IMG/VR virus record: IMGVR_UViG_2740892212_000023
DNA: 28,031 nucleotides
From: a virus
Lineage: Duplodnaviria; Heunggongvirae; Uroviricota; Caudoviricetes
Reading direction: 5' to 3' (one strand)
In this document: positions 7,092 through 18,483 of the stretch, piece after piece
How the letters are laid out: the number at the start of each line of letters is the position of its first letter
Numbering within the stretch: the first letter of the stretch is position 1
Made by a program: the position numbers and the translations under genes
Notes under the pieces: model-generated
What the model was told of the DNA's origin: nothing
Seen by the model: only the letters and a program-made list of their open reading frames with translations
The model's database searches: none

Positions 7092-8565
7092 TAACCTGAG
7101 CGACGAAGAGCAAATAGAATTGCTCGAGCTACTCGAAGAAGAAGAGAACTACCGGAACACACACCTGCTATATGAATTTACGCCATACAGCAAACAGCGT
7201 GAGTTCATCGACGCCGGGCATGACTATCCAGAGCGCTGTTTTATGGCTGGTAACCAGCTTGGTAAGTCATTTACTGGGGCTGCTGAAGTCGCGTTTCACC
7301 TTACCGGGCGTTATCCGGGCACAAAAGGCTATCCTGCTGATGGTAAATATGGCGGAGAGTGGAAAGGTAAGCGTTTCTATGAGCCTGTTGTCTTCTGGAT
7401 TGGTGGCGAGACAAACGAGACTGTAACCAAAACGACTCAACGCATCCTGTGCGGTCGTATCGAAGAGAATGACGAGCCTGGCTACGGTTCCATACCGAAA
7501 GAGGACATCATTAGCTGGAAGAAGTCTCCTTTCTTTCCGAACCTTGTTGATCATCTTCTGGTTAAGCATCACACGGCTGATGGCGTTGAAGATGGCATTT
7601 CAATCTGCTACTTCAAACCATACTCGCAAGGCCGCGCTCGCTGGCAGGGTGACACAATCCACGGCGTGTGGTTTGATGAAGAGCCACCATACAGCATTTA
7701 TGGCGAAGGGCTTACCCGTACCAACAAATACGGGCAATTCTCGATTCTGACGTTTACCCCGCTGATGGGGATGTCTGACGTTGTTACCAAGTTCCTGAAG
7801 AATCCCAGCAAGTCTCAGAAAGTGGTCAACATGACCATCTATGACGCTGAGCACTACACCGACGAGCAGAAAGAGCAAATCATCGCATCCTATCCTGAGC
7901 ATGAGAGAGAGGCGCGTGCTCGCGGTATTCCTACGATGGGTAGCGGTCGAATCTTCCAGATACCGGAAGAGACGATTAAGTGTCAGCCGTTCGAGTGTCC
8001 TGATCACTTCTACGTCATCAATGCAATGGACTTCGGATGGGATCACCCACAGGCACACATCCAGCTTTGGTGGGATAAAGACGAGGACGTGATTTATCTT
8101 TCTCGCGTCTGGAAGGCCAAACAGAAGAAGGCGACAGAGGCATGGAGTGCTGTTAAAGCATGGAGCAAAAACACCCCTACGGCTTGGCCTCATGACGGGC
8201 ATCAGCACGAAAAGGGAGGTGGCGCTCAGCTCAAGGAACAATACGCCGACGCTGGGTTCGACATGTTGCCAGATCATGCAACATGGCCTGATGGAGGTAA
8301 TGCGGTCGAACCCGGGATAGCAGAGATACGCGACATGATGCTCGACGGTCGTTTCAAGGTATTTAACACCTGCGAGCCATTCTTTGAAGAGTTTCGCCTG
8401 TATCACCGTGATGAGAACGGGAAGATCGTAAAGCTAAATGACGACATCCTTTCTGCTGTTCGCTATGGCTACATGATGAGGCGTTTTGCAATACAGATGC
8501 GAGACATCAAAGATCCTAAAGAGATTGATTACTCAAGCTACAACATACCTTGCGGAGTTGGATGA
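7069..8565 (+). CDS. Terminase large subunit (P22 gp2-type)
   Basis: 498-aa product with the N-terminus [37 protein letters not shown]… as in P22 gp2. Overlaps the terminase small subunit by 23 nt. Confidence 0.95.
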   Translation: MELDAILDNLSDEEQIELLELLEEEENYRNTHLLYEFTPYSKQREFIDAGHDYPERCFMAGNQLGKSFTGAAEVAFHLTGRYPGTKGYPADGKYGGEWKGKRFYEPVVFWIGGETNETVTKTTQRILCGRIEENDEPGYGSIPKEDIISWKKSPFFPNLVDHLLVKHHTADGVEDGISICYFKPYSQGRARWQGDTIHGVWFDEEPPYSIYGEGLTRTNKYGQFSILTFTPLMGMSDVVTKFLKNPSKSQKVVNMTIYDAEHYTDEQKEQIIASYPEHEREARARGIPTMGSGRIFQIPEETIKCQPFECPDHFYVINAMDFGWDHPQAHIQLWWDKDEDVIYLSRVWKAKQKKATEAWSAVKAWSKNTPTAWPHDGHQHEKGGGAQLKEQYADAGFDMLPDHATWPDGGNAVEPGIAEIRDMMLDGRFKVFNTCEPFFEEFRLYHRDENGKIVKLNDDILSAVRYGYMMRRFAIQMRDIKDPKEIDYSSYNIPCGVG

Positions 8566-10766
8566 TGGCTGATGATAGAAAGATGACTGACTGGCATCGC
8601 AAGGTGCTGTGCAACTTTGATAATGCCTGGTCAGCAACGCAGGATATGCGTGAGCAGATTATTGAGGCTCAACGTTTCGTCCGGGTATCCGGCGCACAGT
8701 GGGAAGGCAGCACAAACGCTGGTTACTCATTTGATGAAGGCAGGTTTGAGCATTACCCGCGCTTTGAACTGAATAAGATTGCCCGTGAATGTGATCGCAT
8801 CATTGGCGAGTATCGACAGAATCGCATCAGCGTTAAATTCAGGCCGAAGGACGATAAGGCATCGGAAGCGTTAGCCGAAAAGATGAATGGTAAATTCCGC
8901 GCTGACTATCAGGAGACATCCGGTGGCGAAGCGTGTGATAACGCATTTGATGATGCTGTAACGGGCGGATTCGGTTGTTTCCGCATGTGTGCCGATTACG
9001 AAGATGAAATGGATCCGAGTAACGAGCAGCGACGCATCAGCCTTCTTCCTGTTTACGACCCAGCGACATGCGTCTTCTTCGATCAGGACAGCAAGCAATA
9101 TGACCGCTCTGATGCTATGTGGGCTATGGAAATGTTCTCCATGACGCCCAAAGCGTTCGAGGCTGAATACCCTGATTCCATCGCGGCAAGCCTTTCCCGT
9201 GATGACACTGGTACTCAGTATGACTGGTCAACGCCTGACGCCATCTATGTTGGACGCTACTACGAAGTTCGCATAGAGAAGGTGAAGCTCACGGCGTGGC
9301 GCAACCCTGTTAGCGGAGAAACGGCAATCTATGATGAAGAGCAAATCAAAGATATTGTCGACGAGCTGACCGATGGTGCATTCGAACTGATTGGCGAGCG
9401 GACAGTGAAGAAACGCCGCGTTTATTGCGGACTTCTGTCTGGCGCTGAATGGCTGGAAGAACCGAAGCGTATTCCGGGCGAACATATTCCTCTCATCCCG
9501 GTATATGGGCGTCGCTCATTTGTTGATAATCAGGAGCGAATCGAAGGCCACGCAGCAAAAGCGATGGATGCGCAGCGTCTTGAGAACCTGATGGTTTCCA
9601 TGATTGCAGATAACGCTACTCAGGCTGGCGGTGATGGCATTCCTGTAGTTGATGTTGACATGATTCCTGGTCCTCTAGCCAATCATTGGGCGGAGCGCAA
9701 CAAAAAGCGCCCGGCGTTCCTGCCGATGGTCAGTCTGAAAAACAAAAACGGAGATATTACTGCGCAGGCTCAGGTCAGCAGTTATACGCCTCCGACACAA
9801 ATGCCTCCAGCTCTTGCCGGGCTATTGCAGTACACCGGAACGGCTATTCAGCAAATTACAGGTGCGTCGCAGCTTGAGAACATGCCGAGCAACGTCGCCA
9901 CCGATACCGTTGATAGCATCTTTAACCGGATGGATACGCAGTCCTATATCTACATGGACAACATGGCTAAATCCATGCGCCGTGCTGGCGTCGTGTGGCT
10001 TTCTATGGCTCGTGAAGTCTATGGCAGCGATACGCCAATGCGCATCGTTAATGAGGACGGCAGCGATGACGTGGCGCTGATGACTGGTGAAGTGGTTGAC
10101 CGTCAGACAGGGCAGGTTATCGCGCTTAACGACCTTTCGCAGGGTAACTATGAAGTGACTGTCGATGTCGGTCAGTCGTTCGCTACTCGCCGTGATGCAA
10201 CGGTTAAGTTGTTACTTTCCATGCTGGCACTTATCCCGCCAGGAACGCCGAAGCATGACCTTGTATCGTCGATGATTCTCGACAATATGGACGGCGAAGG
10301 GATGGACGACCTTAAAGAATACAACCGAAATCAGTTGCTTCTGTCTGGAGTTATCAAGCCGAGAACGCCAGAAGAGCAGCAAATGGTTGAGCAGGCGAAA
10401 CAACAACAGGCCAGTCAGCCAGATCCGGCTATGGTTGCAGCGCAAGGTCAGCTTCTTGCTGGTCAGGCTGAATTGCAGAAAGCGCAGAACGAACAGGCAG
10501 CCATTCAGGTTAAAGCATTCCAGGCACAGACTGATGCTCAGGTTGCAGCGGCAAATGTTGTGAAAATCCTCGCATCTGCCGATAGTCAGCAGAAATCTGA
10601 TATCCGCGAGGCTCTGAAACTGCTCGGACAGTTCCAGCAACAGCAAGGAGACAATGCCCGTGCTGATGCAGAGCTTGTCCTGAAAAGTCAGGCACAGGGC
10701 CATGCGCAGCGCATGGACATCAGCAGCATCCTGCAAAAATCAACTCAGCAACAACCACAGCAGTAA
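8562..10766 (+). CDS. Portal protein (P22 gp1 family, divergent)
   Basis: About 734 aa from ATG 8562, overlapping the terminase stop (ATG 8565 is an alternative; the ORF track starts at TTG 8550). Q/A-rich helical C-terminal region typical of P22-like portals (…PEEQQMVEQAKQQQASQPDPAMVAAQGQLLAGQAELQKAQNEQ…). Confidence 0.85.
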   Translation: MMADDRKMTDWHRKVLCNFDNAWSATQDMREQIIEAQRFVRVSGAQWEGSTNAGYSFDEGRFEHYPRFELNKIARECDRIIGEYRQNRISVKFRPKDDKASEALAEKMNGKFRADYQETSGGEACDNAFDDAVTGGFGCFRMCADYEDEMDPSNEQRRISLLPVYDPATCVFFDQDSKQYDRSDAMWAMEMFSMTPKAFEAEYPDSIAASLSRDDTGTQYDWSTPDAIYVGRYYEVRIEKVKLTAWRNPVSGETAIYDEEQIKDIVDELTDGAFELIGERTVKKRRVYCGLLSGAEWLEEPKRIPGEHIPLIPVYGRRSFVDNQERIEGHAAKAMDAQRLENLMVSMIADNATQAGGDGIPVVDVDMIPGPLANHWAERNKKRPAFLPMVSLKNKNGDITAQAQVSSYTPPTQMPPALAGLLQYTGTAIQQITGASQLENMPSNVATDTVDSIFNRMDTQSYIYMDNMAKSMRRAGVVWLSMAREVYGSDTPMRIVNEDGSDDVALMTGEVVDRQTGQVIALNDLSQGNYEVTVDVGQSFATRRDATVKLLLSMLALIPPGTPKHDLVSSMILDNMDGEGMDDLKEYNRNQLLLSGVIKPRTPEEQQMVEQAKQQQASQPDPAMVAAQGQLLAGQAELQKAQNEQAAIQVKAFQAQTDAQVAAANVVKILASADSQQKSDIREALKLLGQFQQQQGDNARADAELVLKSQAQGHAQRMDISSILQKSTQQQPQQ

Positions 10767-10856
10767 TTAACCCATAACGTGCAATGGCTGTCTTTATGAG
10801 GCCTGGCACCCTATTGCCTTCCGATGGGCTGAACATCGAGTAAACAGGGGTAACAA

Positions 10857-11750
10857 ATGGACCAGATGGCAGAAAACACACCAGAAGTTGAAATCGAAAC
10901 CGACGCGTCAGAGCAGATTCCTGATGATGTCGAACTGGCTGAAGAAGTCGAAACAGAAGAAGGCAGTGAGTCCTCCGGCAATGATGCAGAGGAAGCTACT
11001 GAAACTGATGACGACGAATCAGAACAGGAATTCTACTTTGGTGACGAAAAGCTGGATTCGCCAACCAGCGAAGATGGCGCAGAGCATGGACTGGTAAAAC
11101 ACCTGCGCAAGACGATTAAAGAGAAAGACCGCGAGCTGAAAGAGCTGATGCGTCAGTCTCAGAAACCCGTCGAGCAGCAGCCGGTAATCACTCAACCACC
11201 GCGAATTCCAAAACTGGATGATGAGGACATCGGTTTCGATGAAGAAATCTATCAGCAACGCATGGCTAAGTGGGCAGAGGATAACGGCAAGTACCAGCAA
11301 CAGGAGATGGCTCGCAAGCAGAAGGAGCAGGAGCTTCAGGCTGCCTATCAAGAGCGATTATCCAAATATCAGCAACGTGTTAAGGCTCTCAAAGTTCCTG
11401 GCTATCAGGAAGCTGAGCAGGCCGTACTCGAGGAAATCCCCATCGAGACACAAAACGCGATCCTGTTTGAGTCAGAGAAGCCGGAAATCGTTGTTCTGGC
11501 ACTCGGTCGCAACGCTGAACTGCGCAAGCAACTGGCAGAAGCTACCAACCCCGTAGCAATTGGTCGTCTGCTGGAACGTATCGAATCGAAGGCCAGAATC
11601 ATGCCAAAAGCAAAAACCACGGCAGCCACAACCCCGACAGTTAAGGGGAGCAACGGCGCAGTAATCAACAACCTCGACAAACTGAAAGCCAGGGCGCTGG
11701 AAACTGGTGACTGGACGCCGTATTTCGCCGCTAAAAAGGCAAAAAAATAA
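10857..11750 (+). CDS. Scaffolding protein (P22 gp8-like)
   Basis: 297 aa, highly acidic N-terminus, helical charged body, basic C-terminal tail. Located between portal and coat. Confidence 0.8.
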   Translation: MDQMAENTPEVEIETDASEQIPDDVELAEEVETEEGSESSGNDAEEATETDDDESEQEFYFGDEKLDSPTSEDGAEHGLVKHLRKTIKEKDRELKELMRQSQKPVEQQPVITQPPRIPKLDDEDIGFDEEIYQQRMAKWAEDNGKYQQQEMARKQKEQELQAAYQERLSKYQQRVKALKVPGYQEAEQAVLEEIPIETQNAILFESEKPEIVVLALGRNAELRKQLAEATNPVAIGRLLERIESKARIMPKAKTTAATTPTVKGSNGAVINNLDKLKARALETGDWTPYFAAKKAKK

Positions 11751-11768
11751 CCTATCGGAGCATTAAGC

Positions 11769-13022
11769 ATGGCTAACCAATTAGCAAAAGACCTTGAAAT
11801 CATGTTCGAAAACTACGTTGAAGGCTTTGAGGCCGCCTGCGTAGTTTCCCGTAACGCTAAAAAATTCCGTCCCGGTGATACTGCAATGCAGCGAGCAGGC
11901 GATGTTCTGTATCGTCCGCAGCATTACCACATGAACATTGAGGAAGGCCTCGATCTCAGCAGCAAAACGCCAACAGCACTGGTTCAGCGCCTTGTTCCTT
12001 CAGTGTTCAAGGAGCCGAAAAACATTCTGTACACTCTGGATGCGCGTGAAATGCGTGACCCGGAACATAAAACTGAAGCTGGTCGCGCCGCAGGTATGCG
12101 CCTTGCTGCACAGATTGACTCTGACCTGATTTCCATGGTCACGCAGCGTGCTACTAACGTGATCACAATGGCTGACTCAACCACTGGTTCACAGGGCCGT
12201 GATTTGTGGAACTGTGCGGCAGGTATTGATGCCACCATGACGGCGATTGGTGTACCACAGGGTATCAACCGCCGCTCTTTCTGGAACCCCTTCAACTACA
12301 AAGACCTTGCTGGCGAGCTTGGTCACCGTGCCTATGCTCAGGGCGCAACCCTGACAGCATACGAAAAAGCGCAGATCCCTCCGGTTGCGTCCTTCGATAG
12401 CTACAAGACCGATATTTCCGGTCGTGTTCCGAAGGGTACAGCAACTTCCATTACGCTGGCAGCAGCACCTGCGCACAAGGTTGAAGCGAAAGATGCTAAC
12501 GATATGCCAGTGGATAACCGACAGGGGACTATTACGGTATCTGCATCTGGGTTGCAGGTTGGCGATGCGTTCACCATTGCTGGCGTGAATTCTGTACACC
12601 AGATCACCAAAGACACCACCGGGCAGCCGCAGGTATTCCGCGTTCTGGCAGTAAGCGGAACGACAGTAACTATCTCCCCGAAAATTCTGCCGCCTGACAA
12701 CGCAGATGTCGCCAGCCGTCCATATGCAAACGTTGATGCTAACGCGGCAAATGGTGCAGCAATTACCATTCTCAACAAGAATGCCGCACCGGCTAACCTG
12801 TTCTGGGCTGATGGTTCTGTTGAGCTGATGTACGGCAAACTGGCGTTCCCGACTGGTCAGGGTCCACAGGTAATGACAGCAACCACCGAGCAGGGCGCTA
12901 CGCTGATCATGTCTTACGCCTTCGACCACATCAAAGGCGTAACCACTGCTCGTTTCACCACTCTGTACGGTTGCTCTGTACTTGTTCCTGAATATACGGG
13001 CATCGTTATTGCCGGGCAGTAA
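11769..13022 (+). CDS. Major capsid (coat) protein (P22 gp5 family)
   Basis: 417 aa, immediately after the scaffold gene, size and position of the P22-like coat protein. Followed by a GC hairpin and T-run at 13030-13050. Confidence 0.85.
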   Translation: MANQLAKDLEIMFENYVEGFEAACVVSRNAKKFRPGDTAMQRAGDVLYRPQHYHMNIEEGLDLSSKTPTALVQRLVPSVFKEPKNILYTLDAREMRDPEHKTEAGRAAGMRLAAQIDSDLISMVTQRATNVITMADSTTGSQGRDLWNCAAGIDATMTAIGVPQGINRRSFWNPFNYKDLAGELGHRAYAQGATLTAYEKAQIPPVASFDSYKTDISGRVPKGTATSITLAAAPAHKVEAKDANDMPVDNRQGTITVSASGLQVGDAFTIAGVNSVHQITKDTTGQPQVFRVLAVSGTTVTISPKILPPDNADVASRPYANVDANAANGAAITILNKNAAPANLFWADGSVELMYGKLAFPTGQGPQVMTATTEQGATLIMSYAFDHIKGVTTARFTTLYGCSVLVPEYTGIVIAGQ

Positions 13023-13063
13023 TTTTGGTGGGGCTTCGGCCCCATTTTTATTGGGAGAAGACA

Positions 13064-13252
13064 ATGGCACGAACAATGCTCTATAAGCCTGGCAACATGA
13101 TCACCTGTGGTCAGTTTGCTGTCGATTACATCATTGTTGATGACGAAGAAGTTAAATCTCACCTGAAAAAAGGCTGGGTAAAAACTCCTGAAGAAACCGC
13201 AGCGAAGCAAAAAGTGGCTAAGGCGGAAGAAGATGGCGAAAACGAAGGGTGA
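13064..13252 (+). CDS. Small hypothetical protein
   Basis: ATG 13064 preceded by GGGAGAAG, within ORF 13025..13252. Overlaps the start of the gp4-like gene. No motif. Confidence 0.4.
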   Translation: MARTMLYKPGNMITCGQFAVDYIIVDDEEVKSHLKKGWVKTPEETAAKQKVAKAEEDGENEG

Positions 13253-13694
13253 TCTCGTTCTAAAGGCTTTACGAAAAGCCGGGCTGTATTCCAATGCCAC
13301 GTTGACAGATGCTGACCCTCAGGCAATTGAAGATGCCATTAATGACCTCGAAGACATGATGGCAGCATGGCAGACTAAAGGTATCGAGCTTGGGTATCAG
13401 TTTGCTGATACAGAAAACGGCATCATGCCGTTACCGGACGATGATTCAGGTATCCCTGCATGGGCAAATGATGGCGTCGCTTTGAAACTCGCTGTGCAAG
13501 TGTGCATGGATAACGTCATTCAGCCTTCAGACGCTCTCCTTACCGCTGCTGACAGTGCATATCAGACAATCTGTATCGCTTTAACCAAAATACCACCACT
13601 TGAGCGGCGAAATGACATGCCTCGCGGTAGTGGTAACAAAAGCGCGTTTACGTGGAATCGGTTTTACATCGAGAAAGATGATCCGAGTACGTGA
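13233..13694 (+). CDS. Head completion / tail accessory protein (P22 gp4-like)
   Basis: 153 aa, N-terminus KTKGDLVLKALRKAGLYSNATLTDADPQAIEDAINDLEDMMAAW resembling P22 gp4. Confidence 0.75.
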   Translation: MAKTKGDLVLKALRKAGLYSNATLTDADPQAIEDAINDLEDMMAAWQTKGIELGYQFADTENGIMPLPDDDSGIPAWANDGVALKLAVQVCMDNVIQPSDALLTAADSAYQTICIALTKIPPLERRNDMPRGSGNKSAFTWNRFYIEKDDPST

Positions 13695-13703
13695 GGTGAA
13701 TAA

Positions 13704-15122
13704 ATGCCGATTCAGCAACTTCCGCTTATGAAAGGCGTCGGCAAAGACTTCCGAAACGCCGACTATATCGACTATCTGCCAGTGAATATGTTGGCTACAC
13801 CCAAAGAAATCCTGAACAGCAGCGGATATCTTCGCTCATTCCCGGGCATTGCCAAACGTTCTGATGTGAACGGTGTATCTCGAGGCGTCGAGTACAACAT
13901 GGCGCAGAATGCTGTTTATCGTGTGTGTGGTGGCAAGCTGTATAAAGGAGAAAGTGAAGTCGGTGATGTTTCCGGAAGTGGTCGCGTATCAATGGCGCAT
14001 GGTCGGACATCTCAGGCTGTAGGCGTTAATGGTCAACTGGTCGAATACCGCTATGATGGCACGGTTAAAACCGTCTCAAACTGGCCTACAGACAGCGGAT
14101 TCACGCAGTATGAATTAGGTTCAGTCCGCGACATTACACGCTTACGTGGGCGTTATGCGTGGTCAAAAGACGGCACTGATTCATGGTTTATCACTGACCT
14201 TGAAGACGAATCGCATCCTGACCGATACAGCGCACAATATCGTGCTGAGTCTCAGCCTGACGGCATCATTGGCATCGGAACATGGCGAGACTTCATCGTC
14301 TGCTTTGGTTCATCGACGATTGAATATTTCTCCCTGACTGGTGCAACCACCGTTGGTGCCGCTTTGTATGTTGCACAACCATCGCTGATGGTGCAGAAAG
14401 GTATTGCCGGAACCTATTGCAAAACGCCATTCGCTGATTCCTATGCGTTCATCAGCAATCCGGCAACAGGTGCTCCGTCTGTATACATCATCGGCTCCGG
14501 TCAGGTATCACCAATCGCCAGCGCGAGCATTGAGAAAATACTACGCTCCTACACTGCTGATGAACTGGCTGAAGGCGTGATGGAATCGCTGCGGTTTGAT
14601 GCGCATGAGTTGCTGATTATCCATCTTCCGCGCCATGTTCTCGTACACGACGCATCTTCAAGCGCCAATGGTCCGCAATGGTGTGTATTGAAAACAGGCC
14701 TGTATGACGATGTGTACCGCGCTATCGACTTCATTTACGAAGGCAATCAGATAACGTGCGGCGATAAGCTGGAATCGGTGATCGGGAAATTGCAGTTCGA
14801 TATCAGCAGCCAGTACGACAAGCAACAGGAACACCTGCTGTTTACTCCGTTGTTCAAAGCGGATAACGCCAGATGCTTTGATCTGGAGGTGGAATCATCG
14901 ACTGGTGTTGCGCAGTATGCTGACCGCCTGTTCCTCTCTGCAACCACTGACGGCATCAATTACGGTCGTGAGCAGATGATTGAGCAGAATGAACCGTTCG
15001 TTTACGACAAACGCGTTTTGTGGAAGCGAGTTGGGCGCATCAGGAAAAATGTCGGCTTCAAATTGCGCGTTATCACTAAGTCACCTGTCACTCTGTCAGG
15101 CTGCCAGATAAGGATTGAGTAA
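13704..15122 (+). CDS. Tail accessory/hub protein (P22 gp10-like)
   Basis: 472 aa, same length and near co-linear sequence with P22 gp10 as recalled ([49 protein letters not shown]…). Confidence 0.9.
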   Translation: MPIQQLPLMKGVGKDFRNADYIDYLPVNMLATPKEILNSSGYLRSFPGIAKRSDVNGVSRGVEYNMAQNAVYRVCGGKLYKGESEVGDVSGSGRVSMAHGRTSQAVGVNGQLVEYRYDGTVKTVSNWPTDSGFTQYELGSVRDITRLRGRYAWSKDGTDSWFITDLEDESHPDRYSAQYRAESQPDGIIGIGTWRDFIVCFGSSTIEYFSLTGATTVGAALYVAQPSLMVQKGIAGTYCKTPFADSYAFISNPATGAPSVYIIGSGQVSPIASASIEKILRSYTADELAEGVMESLRFDAHELLIIHLPRHVLVHDASSSANGPQWCVLKTGLYDDVYRAIDFIYEGNQITCGDKLESVIGKLQFDISSQYDKQQEHLLFTPLFKADNARCFDLEVESSTGVAQYADRLFLSATTDGINYGREQMIEQNEPFVYDKRVLWKRVGRIRKNVGFKLRVITKSPVTLSGCQIRIE

Positions 15123-15970
15123 TGGCTGATTCGAATCTCAATGTGCCGGTAATCATTCAGGCTACACGGCTGGACACATCAGTCCTTCCACGCAATATCT
15201 TCTCGCAGTCGTATCTGCTTTACGTTATCGCACAGGGTACTGATGTTGGTAACGTGGCGAACAAAGCCAACGAGGCCGGACAGGGTGCTTATGACGCACA
15301 AGTCAGGAACGATGAGCAGGATGTTATTCTCGCTGACCATGAGCAGCGAATTTCTGCTGCGGAAGCAACGCTTGTTAATCATGAGGAGCGAATCAGCCAG
15401 GCAGAATCAACTCTTCAGGAACATGAAACACGAATCGCCCAGAATGAAAGCGATATTGCGTCGCTTGATACCAGAGTTCAGTCGCTGGAATCGCAGGTTT
15501 CAGACCATGAAACGCGCATCGATGCTCTGGAGTATGCCACTACTCGCAAGAAGTCGGAGGTTGTTTACTCTGGCGTATCAGTAACCATCCCGACAGCGCC
15601 TACTAACCTTGTTAGCCTGCTGAAAACGCTCGCGCCGTCATCCGGAACGTTGGCACCATTCTTCGACACCGTTAACAACAAGATGGTTGTGTTCAACGAG
15701 AACAAAACCTTGTTCTTCAAGCTGTCGATTGTCGGGACGTGGCCCAGCGGAACCGCAAACAGGTCAATGCAGCTAACCTTTTCCGGCTCTGTTCCTGACA
15801 CACTGGTAAGCAGTCGCAACTCGGCGACAACGACCGATAACATCCTGTTAGCTACGTTTTTCAGCGTGGATAAAGACGGCTTTCTTGCCGCAAATGGCAG
15901 TACGTTAACCATCCAGTCAAATGGTGCGGCGTTTACTGCCACAACCATCAAGATAATCGCGGAGCAGTAA
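15122..15970 (+). CDS. Tail needle protein (P22 gp26 family) with a C-terminal knob domain
   Basis: P22 gp26-like N-terminus ([43 protein letters not shown]…) and heptad-repeat coiled coil ([40 protein letters not shown]…). 282 aa versus 233 in P22, with a non-P22 C-terminal domain like the Sf6 needle knob. Confidence 0.85.
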   Translation: MADSNLNVPVIIQATRLDTSVLPRNIFSQSYLLYVIAQGTDVGNVANKANEAGQGAYDAQVRNDEQDVILADHEQRISAAEATLVNHEERISQAESTLQEHETRIAQNESDIASLDTRVQSLESQVSDHETRIDALEYATTRKKSEVVYSGVSVTIPTAPTNLVSLLKTLAPSSGTLAPFFDTVNNKMVVFNENKTLFFKLSIVGTWPSGTANRSMQLTFSGSVPDTLVSSRNSATTTDNILLATFFSVDKDGFLAANGSTLTIQSNGAAFTATTIKIIAEQ

Positions 15971-16425
15971 TGATTCAGTTCAAACCAACGCGAAACATCG
16001 ACCTGATCGAAGCAGTCGGAAATCACCCTGACATTATTGCCGGGAGCAACAACGGTGATGGATACGACTACAAACCTGATTGCCGTTACTTTGAGGTGAA
16101 CGTGCACGGGCAGTTCGGCGGCATTGTTTACTATCAGGAGATTCAGCCGCTTACATTCGATTGCCACGCCATGTACCTGCCAGAGATTCGCGGATTCAGC
16201 AAGGAAATCGGGCTGGCGTTCTGGCGATACATTCTGACTAACACCACCGTTCAGTGCGTCACATCGTTCGCTGCACGCAAATTCCGCCACGGGCAGATGT
16301 ACTGCGCAATGATTGGCCTTAAGCGTGTAGGAACCATCAAGAAATACTTCAAAGGCGTGGATGACGTGACGTTTTACAGCGCCACACGCGAAGAACTAAT
16401 CGACTTCCTGAATCACGGGAGATAG
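15970..16425 (+). CDS. Virion/head assembly protein (P22 gp14-like)
   Basis: 151-aa ORF in the gp14 position between the needle and ejection-protein genes. Confidence 0.55.
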   Translation: MIQFKPTRNIDLIEAVGNHPDIIAGSNNGDGYDYKPDCRYFEVNVHGQFGGIVYYQEIQPLTFDCHAMYLPEIRGFSKEIGLAFWRYILTNTTVQCVTSFAARKFRHGQMYCAMIGLKRVGTIKKYFKGVDDVTFYSATREELIDFLNHGR

Positions 16426-16427
16426 CC

Positions 16428-17123
16428 ATGTTATATGCATTTAAGCTAGGCAGAAAACTGCGTGGCGAGGAACCTTATTGCCCTGAAAAAGGCGGGAAAG
16501 GTGGCAGCTCTGATAAAAGCGCAAAGTATGCAGCAGAAGCCCAGAAGTATGCCGCAGACCTGCAAAATCAGCAGTTCAACACCATCATGAACAACCTGAA
16601 GCCGTTTACTCCTCTGGCTGATAAGTATGTCGGCAGCCTCGAGAACTTATCGTCTCTGGAAGGGCAAGGTCAGGCACTTAATCAGTATTACAACTCTCAG
16701 CAGTACAAAGATCTTGCTGGTCAGGCTCGCTATCAGAGTCTGGCTGCAGCGGAAGCAACAGGTGGATTGGGTTCGACTGCAACCGGTAATCAGTTAGCAA
16801 CAATCGCACCAACGCTTGGTCAGCAATGGCTATCTGGTCAGATGAACAACTACCAGAATCTGGCAAATATTGGTCTTGGCGCACTGCAAGGTCAGGCAAA
16901 CGCCGGGCAGACATATGCCAACAACATGAGTCAGATTTCGCAGCAAAGTGCGGCTCTTGCAGCGGCAAATGCCAACAGACCATCAGCAATGCAATCTGCT
17001 ATTGGCGGAGGTGCGTCTGGTGCTATTGCTGGGGCTGGACTTGCGAAATTAATTGGTTCATCAACTCCGTGGGGTGCTGGTATCGGTGCTGGTATCGGTC
17101 TGCTTGGTTCACTGCTTTATTAA
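16428..17123 (+). CDS. Ejection (internal virion) protein, P22 gp7-like
   Basis: 231 aa, MLYAF.LGRKLRGEEP…KGGKGGSS…AKYAAEAQKYAADLQ… as in P22 gp7, with a Gly/Ala-rich C-terminus. Confidence 0.8.
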   Translation: MLYAFKLGRKLRGEEPYCPEKGGKGGSSDKSAKYAAEAQKYAADLQNQQFNTIMNNLKPFTPLADKYVGSLENLSSLEGQGQALNQYYNSQQYKDLAGQARYQSLAAAEATGGLGSTATGNQLATIAPTLGQQWLSGQMNNYQNLANIGLGALQGQANAGQTYANNMSQISQQSAALAAANANRPSAMQSAIGGGASGAIAGAGLAKLIGSSTPWGAGIGAGIGLLGSLLY

Positions 17124-17133
17124 GGGGTAATCA

Positions 17134-18483
17134 ATGGCTACGTGGCAACAGGGTATTAATTCTGGTGGTTTTCTGGCTGGCATCGGTACGCAAAATGAGA
17201 ATGCGCCAAAGGCAAGCGACATTAACGCAACGCTTGGTCTGATCCGCGAAAACAATGAACTGGCTCGCTCAGGTGCAAATAACGTTGGCCTGACCGCGTT
17301 ACGTGGTCTGGCTGGAGTTGCTGATATTTACAATCAGGAACAGCAACAGAAAGCTATTAGTGCGTTCAATAAGGTTCACGCTGATGCATGGGCTTCTGGT
17401 GATCCATCGGGACTATTTAAGTTTGCCCAGGAAAATCCAGCGTTTGTTGCACAGGCACAACAGGCGTTTTCTGGTCTTAATGAGCAGCAACGCAACGATA
17501 TGGGCGATTTAGCCATGAGGGCTAACGTCGCTCTTTCTCAGGGACCGGAAGCCTACAGTAAATTCATTACTGACAACAAGGACAGGTTAAATCGCGTTGG
17601 TGCTAATGCTGACTGGATGATTCAGACAGGTATCCAGAATCCAGAGCAGCTATCACACATGCTGACTACGATGTCTCTCGGTGCGCTTGGGCCAGAAAAG
17701 GCGTTTGCTGTTCAGGACAAGATGGTTGGTCGCCAGCAGGAGCAGCAAAGAATTAACGAAACCATTCGCAATAATGACATGACGAATGCGAGGGCTATTA
17801 GGGGGCAGGATCTTTCCTATAAGGCTCAAATGGCAAGACTGAATCACGACAAGTATGTGTTTAAGCAGTCACAGGCGGCCCTTGAAAGAGCAGGACAACT
17901 TCAGGATATGGATGTTTTGTCTCTTAACTCACAGATAGCAGCGACGGGAATTGATCCTCTAACCGGTAAAGCTGCAACGTCAGCCAGAATGTCTCAGGCT
18001 AAGAGATGGCTTGATGGCAACAATAATTACAACAATGCGTTGATTACTGGTGAGCGAGGGATAGAGAAAATAGATTCTTTGCTTGGTAAGAAGGAGCTTG
18101 AAGGTATCGGTCGCTTCGAAGGAAGAAATATAGATGGCTTCACAAGTGCTGAAGGGCTTGCAAACCGTAATGCGATAGAAGAATTAAAGTCGGGTGCGTT
18201 TGTCCAGAACGTGCAGACTATGCGAGGTATGGGTAGCCTCTCCAATGCTGAAGGCCAAAAACTGGAAAACCTGATCGCGAAACTCGATATAACACAGCCT
18301 GAAGAGGTCGTCAGAAAACAGTTATCTGAAATCCGATCGCAATATTCTGTATTTCAAAAGGTTGCAGCAAGGGAGGCTGAATCAATGGGATATAGTTCAT
18401 CAGGTTATGACACATATGTTAGTGAGCGAAAATCAGGAAGCGACAGCAATAAGTCCGGTTTCTCGTCTTTATGGGGTGATTAA
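17134..18483 (+). CDS. Ejection protein, P22 gp20-like
   Basis: 449 aa, in the gp20 position and of similar size. Confidence 0.75.
   Translation: MATWQQGINSGGFLAGIGTQNENAPKASDINATLGLIRENNELARSGANNVGLTALRGLAGVADIYNQEQQQKAISAFNKVHADAWASGDPSGLFKFAQENPAFVAQAQQAFSGLNEQQRNDMGDLAMRANVALSQGPEAYSKFITDNKDRLNRVGANADWMIQTGIQNPEQLSHMLTTMSLGALGPEKAFAVQDKMVGRQQEQQRINETIRNNDMTNARAIRGQDLSYKAQMARLNHDKYVFKQSQAALERAGQLQDMDVLSLNSQIAATGIDPLTGKAATSARMSQAKRWLDGNNNYNNALITGERGIEKIDSLLGKKELEGIGRFEGRNIDGFTSAEGLANRNAIEELKSGAFVQNVQTMRGMGSLSNAEGQKLENLIAKLDITQPEEVVRKQLSEIRSQYSVFQKVAAREAESMGYSSSGYDTYVSERKSGSDSNKSGFSSLWGD

Noticed and set aside
7600-8406. 268-aa minus-strand ORF inside the terminase large-subunit gene
   Set aside because: Entirely antisense to a strongly supported, co-linear terminase gene; no motif or start context. 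Typical shadow ORF.
10212-10736. 174-aa minus-strand ORF within the portal 3' region
   Set aside because: Antisense to the portal gene's Q/A-rich C-terminal coding region, which commonly creates long spurious frames.
10380-10766. Gln/Ala-rich low-complexity stretch at the portal 3' end, considered as a possible DNA repeat
   Set aside because: It is the helical C-terminal region characteristic of P22-like portal proteins, not a nucleotide-level tandem repeat.
12189-13076. 295-aa minus-strand ORF (and several shorter ones) antisense to the coat protein gene
   Set aside because: Overlaps a well-supported structural gene on the opposite strand; Cys/Arg-rich composition typical of antisense frames.
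15565-16290. 241-aa minus-strand ORF spanning the needle/gp14 junction
   Set aside because: Antisense to two syntenic + strand virion genes; no independent signals.
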